This document shows, piece after piece, positions 1-11,830 of a stretch of DNA of 64,000 nt (its first letter is position 1; each line of letters opens with the position of its first letter). Made by a program: the position numbers and the translations under genes. Origin of the DNA: Trichodelitschia bisporula (taxonomy: Eukaryota); assembly GCA_010356995.1 (NCBI GenBank), contig ML996690.1:1210217-1274216 (forward strand), read 5' to 3'. The notes below the pieces were generated by a model, which saw only the letters and a list, made by a program, of their open reading frames with translations, did no database searches and was not told the origin of the DNA.

Positions 1-1542
1 CTACCCTCCTCCCCTCCTCCTGTGTCTCCTTCTCTAGCTGCGGCCCTAACACGCGAACTCCCCGCGGGCACACGCCTCCGCGCATATCACCTCTCGTCCC
101 CACCGACGCGCTGCGATCCGCTGTTCTCCCCGCCACCGGGGCAGAGGGGCGAGAAAACATACCTCGAGTCGCATTTCCTCGGCGTCACGACCACTTCCTC
201 CACCACCACCACCCCTCCCTCACCCACTTCCCCCCCAGCCACCTCCGAGACCTTCATCCTCGCCCTGGAAGTCCAAATCTACACCACCACCCACCTAACC
301 ACAATCTTCATCTCCAAAGCCGACAGCACAGGCTACGCACCACCACACCCGCGCGGCGCGTCATCACCGCTGCGGGGCATAGCTCGCGCGTTCATCGCGC
401 ATCTAGTCCGGCACAGGCGGCGGCCGCACGTACCCCTGGTCGTGAGCCTGTTCGCGCGGGCGAGTGAGCAGTACCTGTTTCCTGGGAGTGTACGCAATGC
501 GGGGAAGCATGTTAGTGATGATCGGCAGTTGATACGGTGGTGGTGTCGGGTGCTTGACCCTTTGGTGGCTTCCCCCCCAACCACCACAACTCCCAACTTC
601 GCGAACGGCAGCGCCTCCGCCGTGAATGGCTCTATCACCCCAGCAGTGACAGCCTACCTCCTAATCCCCGGCATCGACAGCATATCCCCGTTCCTCCCCC
701 CCTCCAGCCGGGGCCGCTGGGTCGCCGGCCACCCCCTCCTCACCCTAAACGCCACACCCCCCGCCCCGCCCCGCTGCCTCATCCCGCACTTCCCCGACGA
801 CCCCAAAGCGCGTTTTCTAGACGAGTTAGACGCGGAACTACGTGGCTCGGATAGGGGTGTAGGGGATAGCCCGAGTAAGAAGGGCAGTGGAGCGTGGAGG
901 AGTGTGCGCTCCTTGGACCAGTTCTGGGATGCGATGGCGTGTCGGCAGGAGTGTGCTGCCGGGAGGGTGGTCGGGTTTTTGTGGGTTGTTTTTGGGGTTG
1001 AAGGGGAGGGGAGGGAGGGAATGTCTTCACCTGATGCTGCGGCTGCGCGCCGCGCGCCGCGCACGCCGAGGCGCGAGGTGAAAACGAAGAGGAAGAGGAA
1101 GGGTGTTTTGGCGGGCCCGATCACGCCGCGCACACCGCGGATTAAGATGAGTGATGAGGACGCGGTCGCGCGCCGGCCGGCGCGCTCGAAGTACTACTAC
1201 TGGCCTGAGACGGGACGGGGCGAGATTGTGCTTGTGGCGGAGAAGTATAGGAAGGCGACGGAACGGTTGCTCACTGGGGATTATGGGACGAGGGAGCAGG
1301 CGGTGATTGCGACGGGGCAGTGGGTGGGTGCGGTGGGGGGGTTGGTGAGGAGGGGGTGGGGGGTTGATGTCCTGGGGGCGGGGGAGGGGGTGAGAGAGGG
1401 GGGGGAGGGCGGGGAGATTGGTGGGGGGAAGGTGAATGTGCTGGGTGTGAGGAAGAGGGGGGGGACGATGGGCGAGGGGGAGCAGGGGGCGAGGGTTAAT
1501 GTGCTTGGGGCGGGGTTGGTTAGGAAGAAGGTTAAGACTTGA
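1..1542 (+). CDS. RTT109: Histone H3K56 acetyltransferase Rtt109 (5' end probably upstream of the window)
   Basis: Motifs IFISKADSTGY, SLFARASEQYLFPGS, KHVSDDRQLIRWW, PHFPDDPKARFLDELD, FWDAMACRQEC. The frame is open from base 1 and has no ATG before these motifs. Confidence 0.92.
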   Translation, partial: LPSSPPPVSPSLAAALTRELPAGTRLRAYHLSSPPTRCDPLFSPPPGQRGEKTYLESHFLGVTTTSSTTTTPPSPTSPPATSETFILALEVQIYTTTHLTTIFISKADSTGYAPPHPRGASSPLRGIARAFIAHLVRHRRRPHVPLVVSLFARASEQYLFPGSVRNAGKHVSDDRQLIRWWCRVLDPLVASPPTTTTPNFANGSASAVNGSITPAVTAYLLIPGIDSISPFLPPSSRGRWVAGHPLLTLNATPPAPPRCLIPHFPDDPKARFLDELDAELRGSDRGVGDSPSKKGSGAWRSVRSLDQFWDAMACRQECAAGRVVGFLWVVFGVEGEGREGMSSPDAAAARRAPRTPRREVKTKRKRKGVLAGPITPRTPRIKMSDEDAVARRPARSKYYYWPETGRGEIVLVAEKYRKATERLLTGDYGTREQAVIATGQWVGAVGGLVRRGWGVDVLGAGEGVREGGEGGEIGGGKVNVLGVRKRGGTMGEGEQGARVNVLGAGLVRKKVKT

Positions 1543-2319
1543 TGGCGTACCGCTCAGAGTATGGGTTTGAGCTGTGGACTGGAAAAACGGTTCAGAGCGC
1601 ATGGATATATGGCTTGTAATGGAAACACGGCAATGGGGTTTTTCGAAATGGGATCTGTGAGCGTTTGTGGATTGATAGGGTGTTCGGCACGGCGTTGGTC
1701 TTGCAGTCGGGGGTTTCTCATCATCTGGCCTGGTGTTTGTATGCTTGCAAGGGCAATAATTGCAATGGCAATCGGCTCTTCAATCGGTGTCTGTGAGCGT
1801 TTGGTGTAGTTTGACTTAGCGTCCTGTTCGTCCTGGTGTTGGTGTTGGATTTCGGGGAGTTGCGCGCTGGGCCTAGGCTACAAAAGGGAGGTTACCTAAC
1901 CTACCATCGCCTTTGCGTTCGGGGATTACGAGAAGGTTTTGCGGCTCCTAGTCTTCGAGTCCTGAGGTGAGATGTGCGGAGTCGCCGGTACTGTACACTG
2001 GGGCACGCATAATCGAGAAACCGATTCCAAGGCTGAGCATCCGGAGCTAGTCGTTGCATGATCGACGCTACGGTACGGTACGCTGGTACCAACAAATGTG
2101 TGTCAGCGACTCTGATGGCCACATGGGGAGTCTGGACTTACCGGCTGATAAATCCGCATCGGCCACAACGTGGAAGCCGGCAGCGTGCCATGCTCCGACG
2201 CCGGAATTGCCGTGGCCTGGAACTGGAAAGTCTGACGGAGACGAATCCTCGCGTGGCTACGACCATGCTTATCGGAGACCCACACTGCAGCCTGGTCGTC
2301 ACCGGGTCGTTCCTCGCTT

Positions 2320-2436
2320 CGTCATCTTTTGACGGGTGCATGTGAACTGGTCGAGGCTTCGGTCTGGATATTCAACTCGTCATCTTTCGACGGCTGTATC
2401 TGAAGTGGTCGAGGTTTCTGTCCGGATCTAACTTCA
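2320..2436. repeat. Diverged tandem duplication of about 58 bp
   Basis: cgtcatcttttgacgggtgcatgtgaactggtcgagg... is followed by cgtcatctttcgacggctgtatctgaagtggtcgagg... Confidence 0.7.
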
Positions 2437-2931
2437 TTCCTGCGAAGTCGAGGACGGCCAGGAGCAGGCTCAAATCGCCTTGTCATCGTCGAACTCGAGG
2501 TGCGGCGATGAAGAAAGAGAAAGCTCGATCGGTCCCTCCGAGACGTCCTATCACGTCTCGTACCAAACCGGAGTGAGGGATATTTCTGCGTGGAACCGTC
2601 AGCACAAATGCATCGACGAATGCTCGATATCATCCTAGCAAGCAAGCATCGTACAAAACAGGCACGAGAAAAAGCTTCGTCGTCAAACCTTGCAGCTCCT
2701 GTTCATCGTGATCTTCTGATGGCATTTCCGTTTCGGAGAGAAAGCACCCTAGAATGCATCGGACCAAGCCGGTACGACTTTACCAAATCGTCTGTTGGAA
2801 TCCATCGAGCCTCCAGTACTGCAACCCAGGGGGTTCGGCCGGAGATGCGCCAGTAGGGCTCGTATCAAAACGGGTGGACGATGGCTCTGCGTCAACCTTC
2901 AGCGGCAAGGTGTCATAACACTGCGATAGTA

Positions 2932-3004
2932 TTCTTCTTCGGTATCATTCTTCTTCGACATCACTCTTCTTTGACATCACTCTTCTTCGACATCACTCTT
3001 CTTC
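2932..3004. repeat. 16-bp minisatellite (ttcttcgacatcactc), about 4.5 copies
   Basis: Directly visible. The unit is not a multiple of 3. Confidence 0.85.
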
Positions 3005-5278
3005 AAAATCCTTCTGCTTCAATGTCATTCTTCTTTTGGAGCTGAGCTTGAGCTCTGCAAGCAGGAGGAAGTGCGAACAGGCCTTGTTTCGAAACCGGCA
3101 CTAGTTCTAAAGATTATGGTCGGTCAACCTTGTTGCGAGCCACCAAACCTCCGATATTGCGTTCCATGCGGCATAAGATCGACAGGGCCTGGAATATACC
3201 CTAACAAGCGTGCAAGCCTCGCACTGTACCGAAGTAAGCGATGGTCCTGCCTCGAATCGTCAGCCATGGCATCTCCACCTCCGATACCATCCCCCGTTCG
3301 GAGTTTTCCTTAAGCTTCGTCAGCCTGGATTTGCCCCGGCACGCCTCGAGCCAACCCGGTACCAAACGAGTGCGAAAAACGCTTCACCTTCAGACCTTCC
3401 ACTTCTAGTCCATCGCAACCCTTCGCCATCCTCCCCCATCGGACCTCAACCCCCAGCCCACCTCGCACCATCCTAGCTCAGAACAACGCTCTAGTCCCAC
3501 CTTCCAAGTCCTACCCAAACTCCTCGCACCAAAACGTGCCTTCTGGGCACCCCCTCATCGCACACAGGAAATGACCGCCATCCGGTCTCTCCACTCACCA
3601 CCCAGCGCAACACCCAGCTCAAAGCCTTCTGGCCCCCGTAACCCCCTCCCTACCAACCCCCAAATCTCCGTCCCGCAGCCTCACAACCAACGCCTGCAAC
3701 CGTACCATCGGGCCTTCTGAGTGCCCACCCGCGTTGCAGGCGGTACACGGAGCAAACCGGTGCCCGTAGCACCGGTGGGAAAGTCACGAACGTCCACACA
3801 GGCGCGACCAAAGAATGGCTGTAGTCCATCGACATCGTTCTTCAGTCAAGCGATGCCAGCGCGCAACGGCTGTCGACATAATGCAGGGCGGACGTCGCAG
3901 GCACCCGGCACAACGCAGGAACGCGGCCACGTCGGCGGCGGGGCGATGGGCCCGAAAATGAGATCGGATGGATGCCGCCCTAGGCGCCGCAGGAACCCCG
4001 CGCCACGTTGCGGTTCCTGCGGGAGGGATCCGTGCGCGGCTCCCCGGATTGGTCGGGGGGGTGCGCCGCTCCCGTTTCGGCCGTGCACTGGTGACAGGGG
4101 TCGGACGACGTCGGTGGATTTTGCGTGATCGCGGTACCTCCGTAACCAGATTCGACCATCAGAGCAGAGGGCGATTATGCTTTGCGGATACCGGACTGCA
4201 GTTGATGGACTTCGTTAAGGCCCTCCATGCTGATATTAGTATTTTCGAATTGGCGATTGGTGGTTTGCCCGCCCGCTCAGCCTTGCAACCCCGCGCCACT
4301 CAATCCGCGGCCTGGAACGTCCTTCAATTCCGCATTGGACGCCGTTACTCGCTCCCCGCCGCGCCGCGCCGATGTGAAACGCTCTCATGGCTTGAGAGGT
4401 TGATGGCAACGGTACGACGATGGCGGTGGGCGCGGTAAAGCTGAGGGGTTTTTCTGCACTTGCTGTTAGGGAGGGGGAGGGGGGGAGAAGTTGCCTGAGG
4501 GATTTCGCGGTTACCCAGCTTGAAATTGGGACAAGATGGAAGGATATAGGATCCCCTGGAAGGTGTAAGTTCCGTTTCCCGCATTCTCGACCTCGACTTT
4601 TTTCCAGGCTCTTGGGTGAGGTTTGGTTCGGTTTGTGCGGGTCTGTGGTTGCGAACTTGAGGACGAGGACGAGGCTGATTTCTGGAAGCAGATTTCCCTT
4701 TCCAAGCACCGCGATCGCCGACGAGGTTGTTGCTTTGTCTTCCTGGACTGCGATCAACAGCGGTTTGCGATCGTTGTCGAGACCACGGGGACGGACCTTT
4801 GGCGGTCTGGTATACCATTTTGCCGCCTCAGGCGACGATGCTGGCTCTATTGTTCCTTCCTCTTCGACCCACCGACGTTCCTTCCTCGTACGGTTTTGCA
4901 GTCGACCTCGACCGCGCTAGTCGGTGTTGCGGGCCGCCGATTGGTGCAGAGTGGCGAGTATCGAGGGTGGCCGTGTGCTAGGTCGTGGCGTTCGGTCTGG
5001 TGATATAACCTCGCGGTTGCAAACCTGGTTCTCACCTTTGCAACTACACTCAGCATTCTTTCCTGCGCCTCGCTTCCGCCCGTTTGCTGAACCCCGATTC
5101 TACCCGCGACATCGCCAATCCCCCTTTCTGCGCTTTGCTTCCTGATCATATCTTTCTAATCGGTCCTCTGGCTGGGACCGTGTCTCATCATCTACCTTGG
5201 TCATTCTTCGGCATCTCTCTCGTTCCGACTGTCCGTTTGTCCTTTCACAGTCACGGTTTCGGATTGCGTCTCAACACC

Positions 5279-6870
5279 ATGGGGATTGCGGTCATGAAGG
5301 CTTTTGCCTTGGCCTTCATCGGAACGACGTTCGCTCCGTTTGCCCAGGCGTTCTGGCGAATGCCTTGTCGGAGCTTTCCTGACTACGTCCGCATCGATCC
5401 GATCATCTCGCCTGGCCAGTTTAGTGATCACGCGCACTTGATCGTAGGAGGTAGTAACTTCGGACCGGAGGCGACTTACGAAGACCTTCGTGCCTCGGAA
5501 TGCACGAGCTGTACAATAACGGATGACAAGTCAGCTTACTGGTACGTTTGCGTTGCCGCCTTTGAACTATGTTAATAGGGGGCATAGGGTTCCCGCCATG
5601 ATGTTTCGCCATGCAAACGGTACTTTCGAGCCTGTTCCACGTACGCAGTTCCTCGTGTAAGTATGCATGCGCTTTTACTTATCGCATGCTGATTTCCCAG
5701 GTATTACCAACTCTTCGGCCAAGAGCAGGGTGAATATGTCCACGCGTTTCCCGCTGGATTTCAGATGATATCTGGGGACGCACCACGACGTAACTCTACG
5801 GTGCCTCACGAGCCTGAGAAGAGCTTGTGGGGTCCGGAGGAAACGGCGCCAGGCCGTCTGATCCAGAAAGCCCATGGGTTCATGTGCCTGCACTTCAACG
5901 TCGACCCCCCTGAAGAGTTTCTTGCAAGGCAATTTATGATACCCAAGGATGAGGTCGATACGAACTGCCCAGATGGTGTCCGCGCGGAACTTGTGTTTCC
6001 GGGCTGTTGGAACGGAAAAGACCTGACTGCTGTTGGCGGCAAGTCCCACGTGGCCTACTCCAGTCTCATCATAAATGGCATCTGCCCCGAGGATTTCCCC
6101 GTGCGTATTCCGACGTTGTACTATGAGGCTTGGTACGCTACGGCGGGGTTCAATGGTTACGACGGGGATTACGTCATGTCCAATGGCGACCCAACCGGTA
6201 TACTTCTTTCCCATCTCCCTTTCCGACTTGTCTAACACCATATGTAGGCTATGGTTACCATGGCGATTTTATGTCGGGCTGGGACCCGGACTTCCTTCAG
6301 CAAGCCATCGACTCCCATTGCAGTGATGAAGGTGTGATCGAAAGATGCCCACTCTTCACTCTCCAGTCGCCAGAGGAGGCGGGTACTTGCACGTACAACC
6401 CACCGGCCGCAGCACTCAAGGAGCATTGCAACTTCCCGGGCGACAAGTTGTGCGGCGATAACCCCATCTCGCGCGGCCCTGAACCGGCGATCATGAACAT
6501 CCACGGCGGTCCTTTCGGTGACTCTTCTGGCAACTACCCGTCGGCCTCTGCTCCTGGAAATTACGGCTCTGGAGAGGATTCGTCGGCCTACACTTTTCTG
6601 ACCTACAGTCCCAGCACGGGTTCCTCCGTCTTCGGCGTCTTCTATGACGGTTCTGCCACCGGTACCTCCGTCTCGACGAGTTCCTCCGTCTCCGATGTCG
6701 TGGATTACGGCTTCGCCACGAGTTCCTCGGTCTCAAAGACTTCGTCGCAGGGCGGTCAATGTGCTGAGGTTCCTACCGTCACCGTGGCGCCTACGCAGAT
6801 TGTGCTTGTTCAAGACGGGACGGAGTTCATCATTGAGCCCGTCACCGTTACTCTGACGACGTCCGTCTAG
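5279..6870 (+). CDS. Secreted DUF1996-domain protein with Ser/Thr-rich tail (3 introns)
   Basis: Signal peptide, then FWRMPC..RIDPIISPG..DHAHLIVGGSNF..CTSCTITDDKSAYW, CPDGVRAELVFPGCWNG, CPEDFPVRIPTLYYE and GYGYHGDFMSGWD. Introns near 5542-5587, 5657-5700 and 6198-6248. Confidence 0.9.
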
Positions 6871-7660
6871 GTTCGCAGTCCGATGCCACCGGTGCGATCG
6901 ACTTGCGCCGTTATTCTTGGAAGCGCTTGTGCCTCATGACCATTACGGCTTGATGACTTTACGAATCAATGTCCAGAGTTAGTGCGCTCGATACCCACGA
7001 TAGATCATTGTTACTTCACCAGATCTTCACCACATTCACTCCAAGGTATACATCGCGCCTAAGTATACCTTGCGGCTGAGGACCGGGTTTTCTCTTCCGT
7101 TTCTCGCGTTCCGGTAGTGCCTTCTGTTTCCGATGTTCTGTTTCTCGCGATCCCCTTCTTCTGTCTAGCGGTGGCCTACGCACCCCGTAGTCTACGACGC
7201 TTGGTCTCTGGCGGATCATGTCCGGCGACGAGGCTCTAGAGCAGTTGATGGTCCGATCTGATTTTTCTTCATCTTCTTTCATTTGCTTTGTACCTAGCTG
7301 CCCCGGAGTCAGAAATTGAATGCGTTGCGTTCACTCTTCGCCGTGATTATTACCCTTACCCCCTCCACCCGCACCATCTCCTGCTCCCGCCCCACCCTCC
7401 ACCCGCACCGGGCGGTCCCGTCCGCACCTACTCAGTACTGCACCACCAACCCGCCATCTACACCCCTTCCCTATCCCAGCGCATACGCCCACAGACCACA
7501 GACTCCCCCAGTCAATGCGCTCACCGAAGTAACGCTGTGAATTCGTGCACTGGTTGACTTGCTTACGTGCTGCGGGTGATGCCCCCATCAGGGGTCGCGT
7601 GATATAGACATGGAAGGAGCATTCTTACATCAGGAATGAGCATACTGAGGGACATCATGT

Positions 7661-7838
7661 AATGAGCGCCTGGTAGAAGGAAGGAGCAAAGGAGGATACT
7701 TGGCATTGTGTCTTTAAGTCTCGAGAGTCTCTTCCTCTCTTTTTCTGTCTTCGACAGCAGTCTTCAGTATTAGTTGACTTCGACAGCAGTCTTCAGTATT
7801 ACAGTTGACTTCGCACGTAATGAGCTCTGCTCCCATCA
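7661..7838 (+). repeat. Dispersed fragment homologous to 54876-55031 (3' end of the F-box-like repeat unit), with an internal ~30-bp duplication
   Basis: gcaaaggaggatacttggcattgtgtctttaagtctcgagagtct here versus gcaaaggagaatacttggcatcttgtatttaagtcttgagagtct at 54901. Confidence 0.8.
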
Positions 7839-8140
7839 TCGCACCGAGCCGGTCTTTGTGGCGTGGCGCGGGCCGCTGGGTCGTCGGGCTTGGGGTAGTA
7901 ATCGGAGACGGGGTCCATCGAGCGGGTCGGCAATGGCGGTTTCTGCGGTGAGAGGTACATAAAGTCAAGGGAGTGAGGTACGCGGAGGAATGCGGGATAT
8001 CACTTCGCCAGCCAACTGCGCAGCATAGCACCTCTTTACGCACCCGACGTAAGCCCAAGTATACATCATTTCAATCCGCTCACCCCCGCATTCATTACCC
8101 TCCCCTCCCTTCCCTCTCCAAAACCCCCCAAAAACCAACT

Positions 8141-9235
8141 CTAATCCTCCGCCTCCGTCTCCTTCGCCCTCCCCCACCCCCTCCCCCTCCCCCACCTCAA
8201 CCGCGGCGGCATCTTAACCCCCCCACCCCCAAACACAGCCGGATACTCAGCGGGACCAGCCTGAACCCCCGCACTCGTCCCTGCATTCACCACCCCCCCC
8301 GCCGTCGGCGCCGGCGCCGCACTCGCCGTGCTCGCCGTGCTGGTCGGGATAGGGATCTTGGGCGCGGGGAGCCCGGCTTTCGTTACGGCGGCGAGGTTGG
8401 CGGAGGTGGATTGAGCGGGGGCCGGAGCCTTGGGTGCTGCGGCTGGGGCTTTCGGAGCAGGGGATTTTGGGGCCACGGCAGGTGCGGACGAGGCCTTCTT
8501 CGCCCATTCAGAGTACTTGGGATTTGCGGCGAGTTTCGGCTCAACGGGAAATATGCCCTGCCCGTTGTCGTGAAACGCAAGTGTCCCCGCCGCGCCGGTG
8601 GGTGTCTGCGCGCCTTGCGCGAAGCCGAGGAGGAGGGCTTCGGAACTGAGGGATTGGTTCCCGGGCACGCCGTCGAAGGACCAGGAGAAGCAGTGCGCGC
8701 AATGATAGGTCAACGTAAAGTGCGTTGCGTTGACGGTGGAGGCAAGGGTGGTTAGTTTGGCAGCGCCTTTGTACGGCGCGGGCGGGAGGTAGTCGATGGC
8801 GTAGCGGAAGGACGTCTTGACGGTTTGCCCATCCGCCCACGCGATTAGGAGGAGGCCTTTCGTCATACCGCCTATGTGGCTTATGCCTGTGTAGCCGCGC
8901 CCGTTGGGACGGGATCCGACCTGCGCATAGGGTTAGCCGACGTCGTCCCGACCTGCGTCAGGGGGCAGGAGGGCGGGATACGCACGATGTGCCCGATGTA
9001 ATCATCACCACTTAGGTCCTGCGGGAAGGCGAGCCCGATTTCAAACCCGCCTTTCGAGGGAGGCTCGCCGACGGGCGCGTAGGACTGGAATTGGATTCCG
9101 GTTTTGGGCTCGGTGTATGGCTTCGCTAGGCCCTGTGCGAGCAGAGGCGTCGCGACTGCGGGTGTTAGCTGGGCGATTGGTAAGGAGATAAGACGTACAC
9201 AGCGTCGCGGCAAGCAGCATAATACTTCCAATCAT
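8141..9235 (-). CDS. Secreted stand-alone cellobiose-dehydrogenase-type cytochrome b domain (AA8) with Ala/Pro-rich tail (2 introns)
   Basis: Spliced signal peptide MIGSIMLLAATLFATPLLAQG; YTEPKTGIQF; GGMTKGLLLIAW (Met heme ligand); TVNATHFTLTYHCAHC; FHDNGQG (His heme ligand). No GMC flavin domain follows. Confidence 0.88.
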
Positions 9236-9939
9236 TGTCGCAACAATTCAAAATCCCGAATCCCAAAGCGAGTGACAAGGCTGACCCAACGTTCTCTTTC
9301 CACTCCAGCAAAATCGCCAGAAATCTTCCCAGCTCCCAATCGGGCGGTCCCCGGCCTCTTATCATCTCCCCCCCATAACCCAATCCAGCCCATCTCTGAC
9401 GTCGACACCTCCCTTCAAATTACCCTCCCCACTCCCGCGGGGACCATCAATGGTTGAAGTAAAGCACCCTTGGCACCGCCGGGTCTTGCCAAGCCCCTGC
9501 CACGGCGCGCTCGGCACGGGAAGAGGCCAGGCACGGCGAGCGACAGCGAGCGTCCGAGCGGGCCGAGCGCACTATATACCGGACAGGGTCCGCCGCGACA
9601 CACCCAGCCTCGACTTCACCTGCTCCTCCCAAAGCGCGATGCAAATAAACTCCATTCAGGCACCACGCGACGCCGTGGCTTGGGAGTTGGGTAATATAAA
9701 TACGCGACCGAAAAGGGTGCATCTGTCCGCATCGCGGAGGTGGGGGGGCGGGAGGTTCAGGTAGAGCGCGCGCTGCCCGCTCCGCGCACCCCCGGCCCTG
9801 GGCAGGCGTATATTATCCCGATGCTATTTGTCCGGTGGGTAAAAGGTCCTAGCGCCCCGCAATGGGTGCTTCTCGCACGTAGGCTCTTCATCGGCACGGA
9901 CGAGGGAGAAGACAGACAAGGGAGAAGTAAACGTCGAAT

Positions 9940-10803
9940 ATGCGGTCTTTCAGCCTTACAATCGTCCTGTCGGCGGTAGCGGTCTCCGCGCATACAATTT
10001 TTCAGCAGGTGTACGTCAACGGCAAGAGCCCGGGACATCTGGTTGGCATTCGCGCGCCGGATTATGATGGGTGGGTTGTGAGGCGCGTCATCGAGGCGGT
10101 GGTTAACAGCGCAGGCCCATCTACGATGTGACTAGTAGCGACATCATTTGCAACGGCGGGCCGAATCCGCTGAAGCGCATCTCGAAGGAGGTTATTAACG
10201 TAAGCCTCCGCTGCGCATTTCGTACCTCGCTGACGCTTCGGTACCGTAGGCCACCGCCGGCGACACCATAACCACAGAATGGCACCATACGCTCGACGGC
10301 GCAAAACCAGGTGACAAATCCGACCCCATAGACCCCGGCCACCTCGGCCCCACAATGGCCTACATGGCGCGGATCGACAACGCGCTGTCCCCCAAAGTAA
10401 CGGGTCTCAAATGGTTCAAGATCTTCGAGGATGGGATGGATGCCAACAAGCAATGGGGCGTATCGCGGATGTACAAGGCGGGCGGCAAGTTTTCGTTCAA
10501 ACTTCCGAGCTGTATTCCGGCGGGACAGTATTTGCTCCGCGCGGAGCTGATTGCGTTGCATGGGGCGGGGAGTCTGAAGGGGGCGCAGTTTTATATGGAG
10601 TGTGCGCAGTTGAATGTGCGGGGCGGGGGACGGGCGAATCCGCCGACGGTGAGCTTCCCGGGCGCGTATAAGCAGGATGACCCGGGGGTTGTGTTTAATG
10701 TGAGTGTGCCCGGCTGGGACGGGGGCGAGGCTGATGATGTTAGCTGTACTATCCTACGCCGACGGCGTATAAGATCCCGGGGCCGACGGTGTTCAAGTGC
10801 TAG
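9940..10803 (+). CDS. AA9 lytic polysaccharide monooxygenase (3 introns)
   Basis: Signal peptide followed by His1 (HTIFQQ); GHLGP; WFKI; GQYLLRAELIALH; GAQFYMECAQL; VSFPGAY; ends YKIPGPTVFKC-stop. Confidence 0.96.
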
Positions 10804-10869
10804 GACGTTGGAGGGCACATACCGCAGCTTCAATCTTTTGCATCGTACATGTCATCGAGCGTGTCGTGA

Positions 10870-11470
10870 TCAAACTCCCATCTTGCCAAACGCGCGATCC
10901 AGCTCGTCGCCCGCCTTGCTCTCCTCATCCGCCCCCTTCTCCACCGGCGCCTCCTTCTCAGCCTCCTTCTCCGCTTCCTTCCCCCCCACACGCACAGGCA
11001 CGAGAATCCGATTCCCCTCCCCCACATCCAACCACCCCGGCGCCACCCTCCTCTTCTCCGCCAACTCCCGCTCCTTAATACTCTCTTCCCACGCCGCAAT
11101 CTCCTTTGCTGCGTCCTCCACCCTCTTCACCAACAACTCTCTTAAAGCAACCCCCGACGCCGCAATAGCCGAGGGGTGCGCCGCGTGCCCCGTTGCGGGC
11201 GAGACGACGTACTGGGCTAACCGTTGGGGGGCATCGGAGCCCGGCGGGGTTGGGTCATGCGGGGGTGGACTGTGGGGTGGCTCGGCGTCTGTGACGGAGG
11301 GGGGTAATGTTGAGGGGACGGATTTGTAGCTGTAGGGGAGGGGGACGGCGGTGGGGAGGGAGAGGAAGGGGGAGACGGTTAGGGGGAGTTGGGCGAGGAG
11401 GGGGTGGGGATCTGGGGGGGTTAGCTTGTTTGCGGGGGATGGCGAGGGGAGGCGTACGCTCGGAGTGCAT
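10870..11470 (-). CDS. Conserved-looking fungal hypothetical protein (1 intron)
   Basis: ATG 11470, GTACGC..CTAAC..CAG intron, then HPHPLLAQLPLTVSPFLSLPTA..LPYSYK and a helical KERELAEKRRVAPGWLD segment. Confidence 0.75.
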
Positions 11471-11830
11471 TTTGGTGGTGGTGTAGTGACGGGAAGAGTG
11501 GAAGCTTGAAGTATCTCCTTGTGTATTGAGTGCGATTTGTCGTGATGCGGGGATTCTCTCGCCGCAAGTAGGGGTTGCGGTCCGATCAGCGCCAAGGCAG
11601 GTGGCAGGGGATTTGGTCACAGCTAGGGCGAGCTTCACGAAGCTCTTCTACATCTTCAAGGCTCCAGCATCATCCGCAGCACCTATCTCCCAGGTCGATA
11701 CGAAGAATTGCCGGTAGTCGCAAAATAATCCAGTACTCCCGCTCTCCCGCTCTCCCCGTAATTCGACTGCGCCTCGTCTCCGACCGGCACTCCACGGCCA
11801 CCCCGTGCCCGCGCCCGAGCCGTACTCACA

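Noticed and set aside
9236..9939. CreA (SYGGRG) and cellulase-activator sites in the AA8/AA9 promoter
   Set aside because: Short GC-rich motifs are expected by chance at this composition, and no clean CGG-N8-CCG site was found.
10804..11329. Long C-terminal extension of the LPMO in the ORF track
   Set aside because: Artefact of reading through the last intron. The spliced gene ends at 10803, and the extension is antisense to the next gene.
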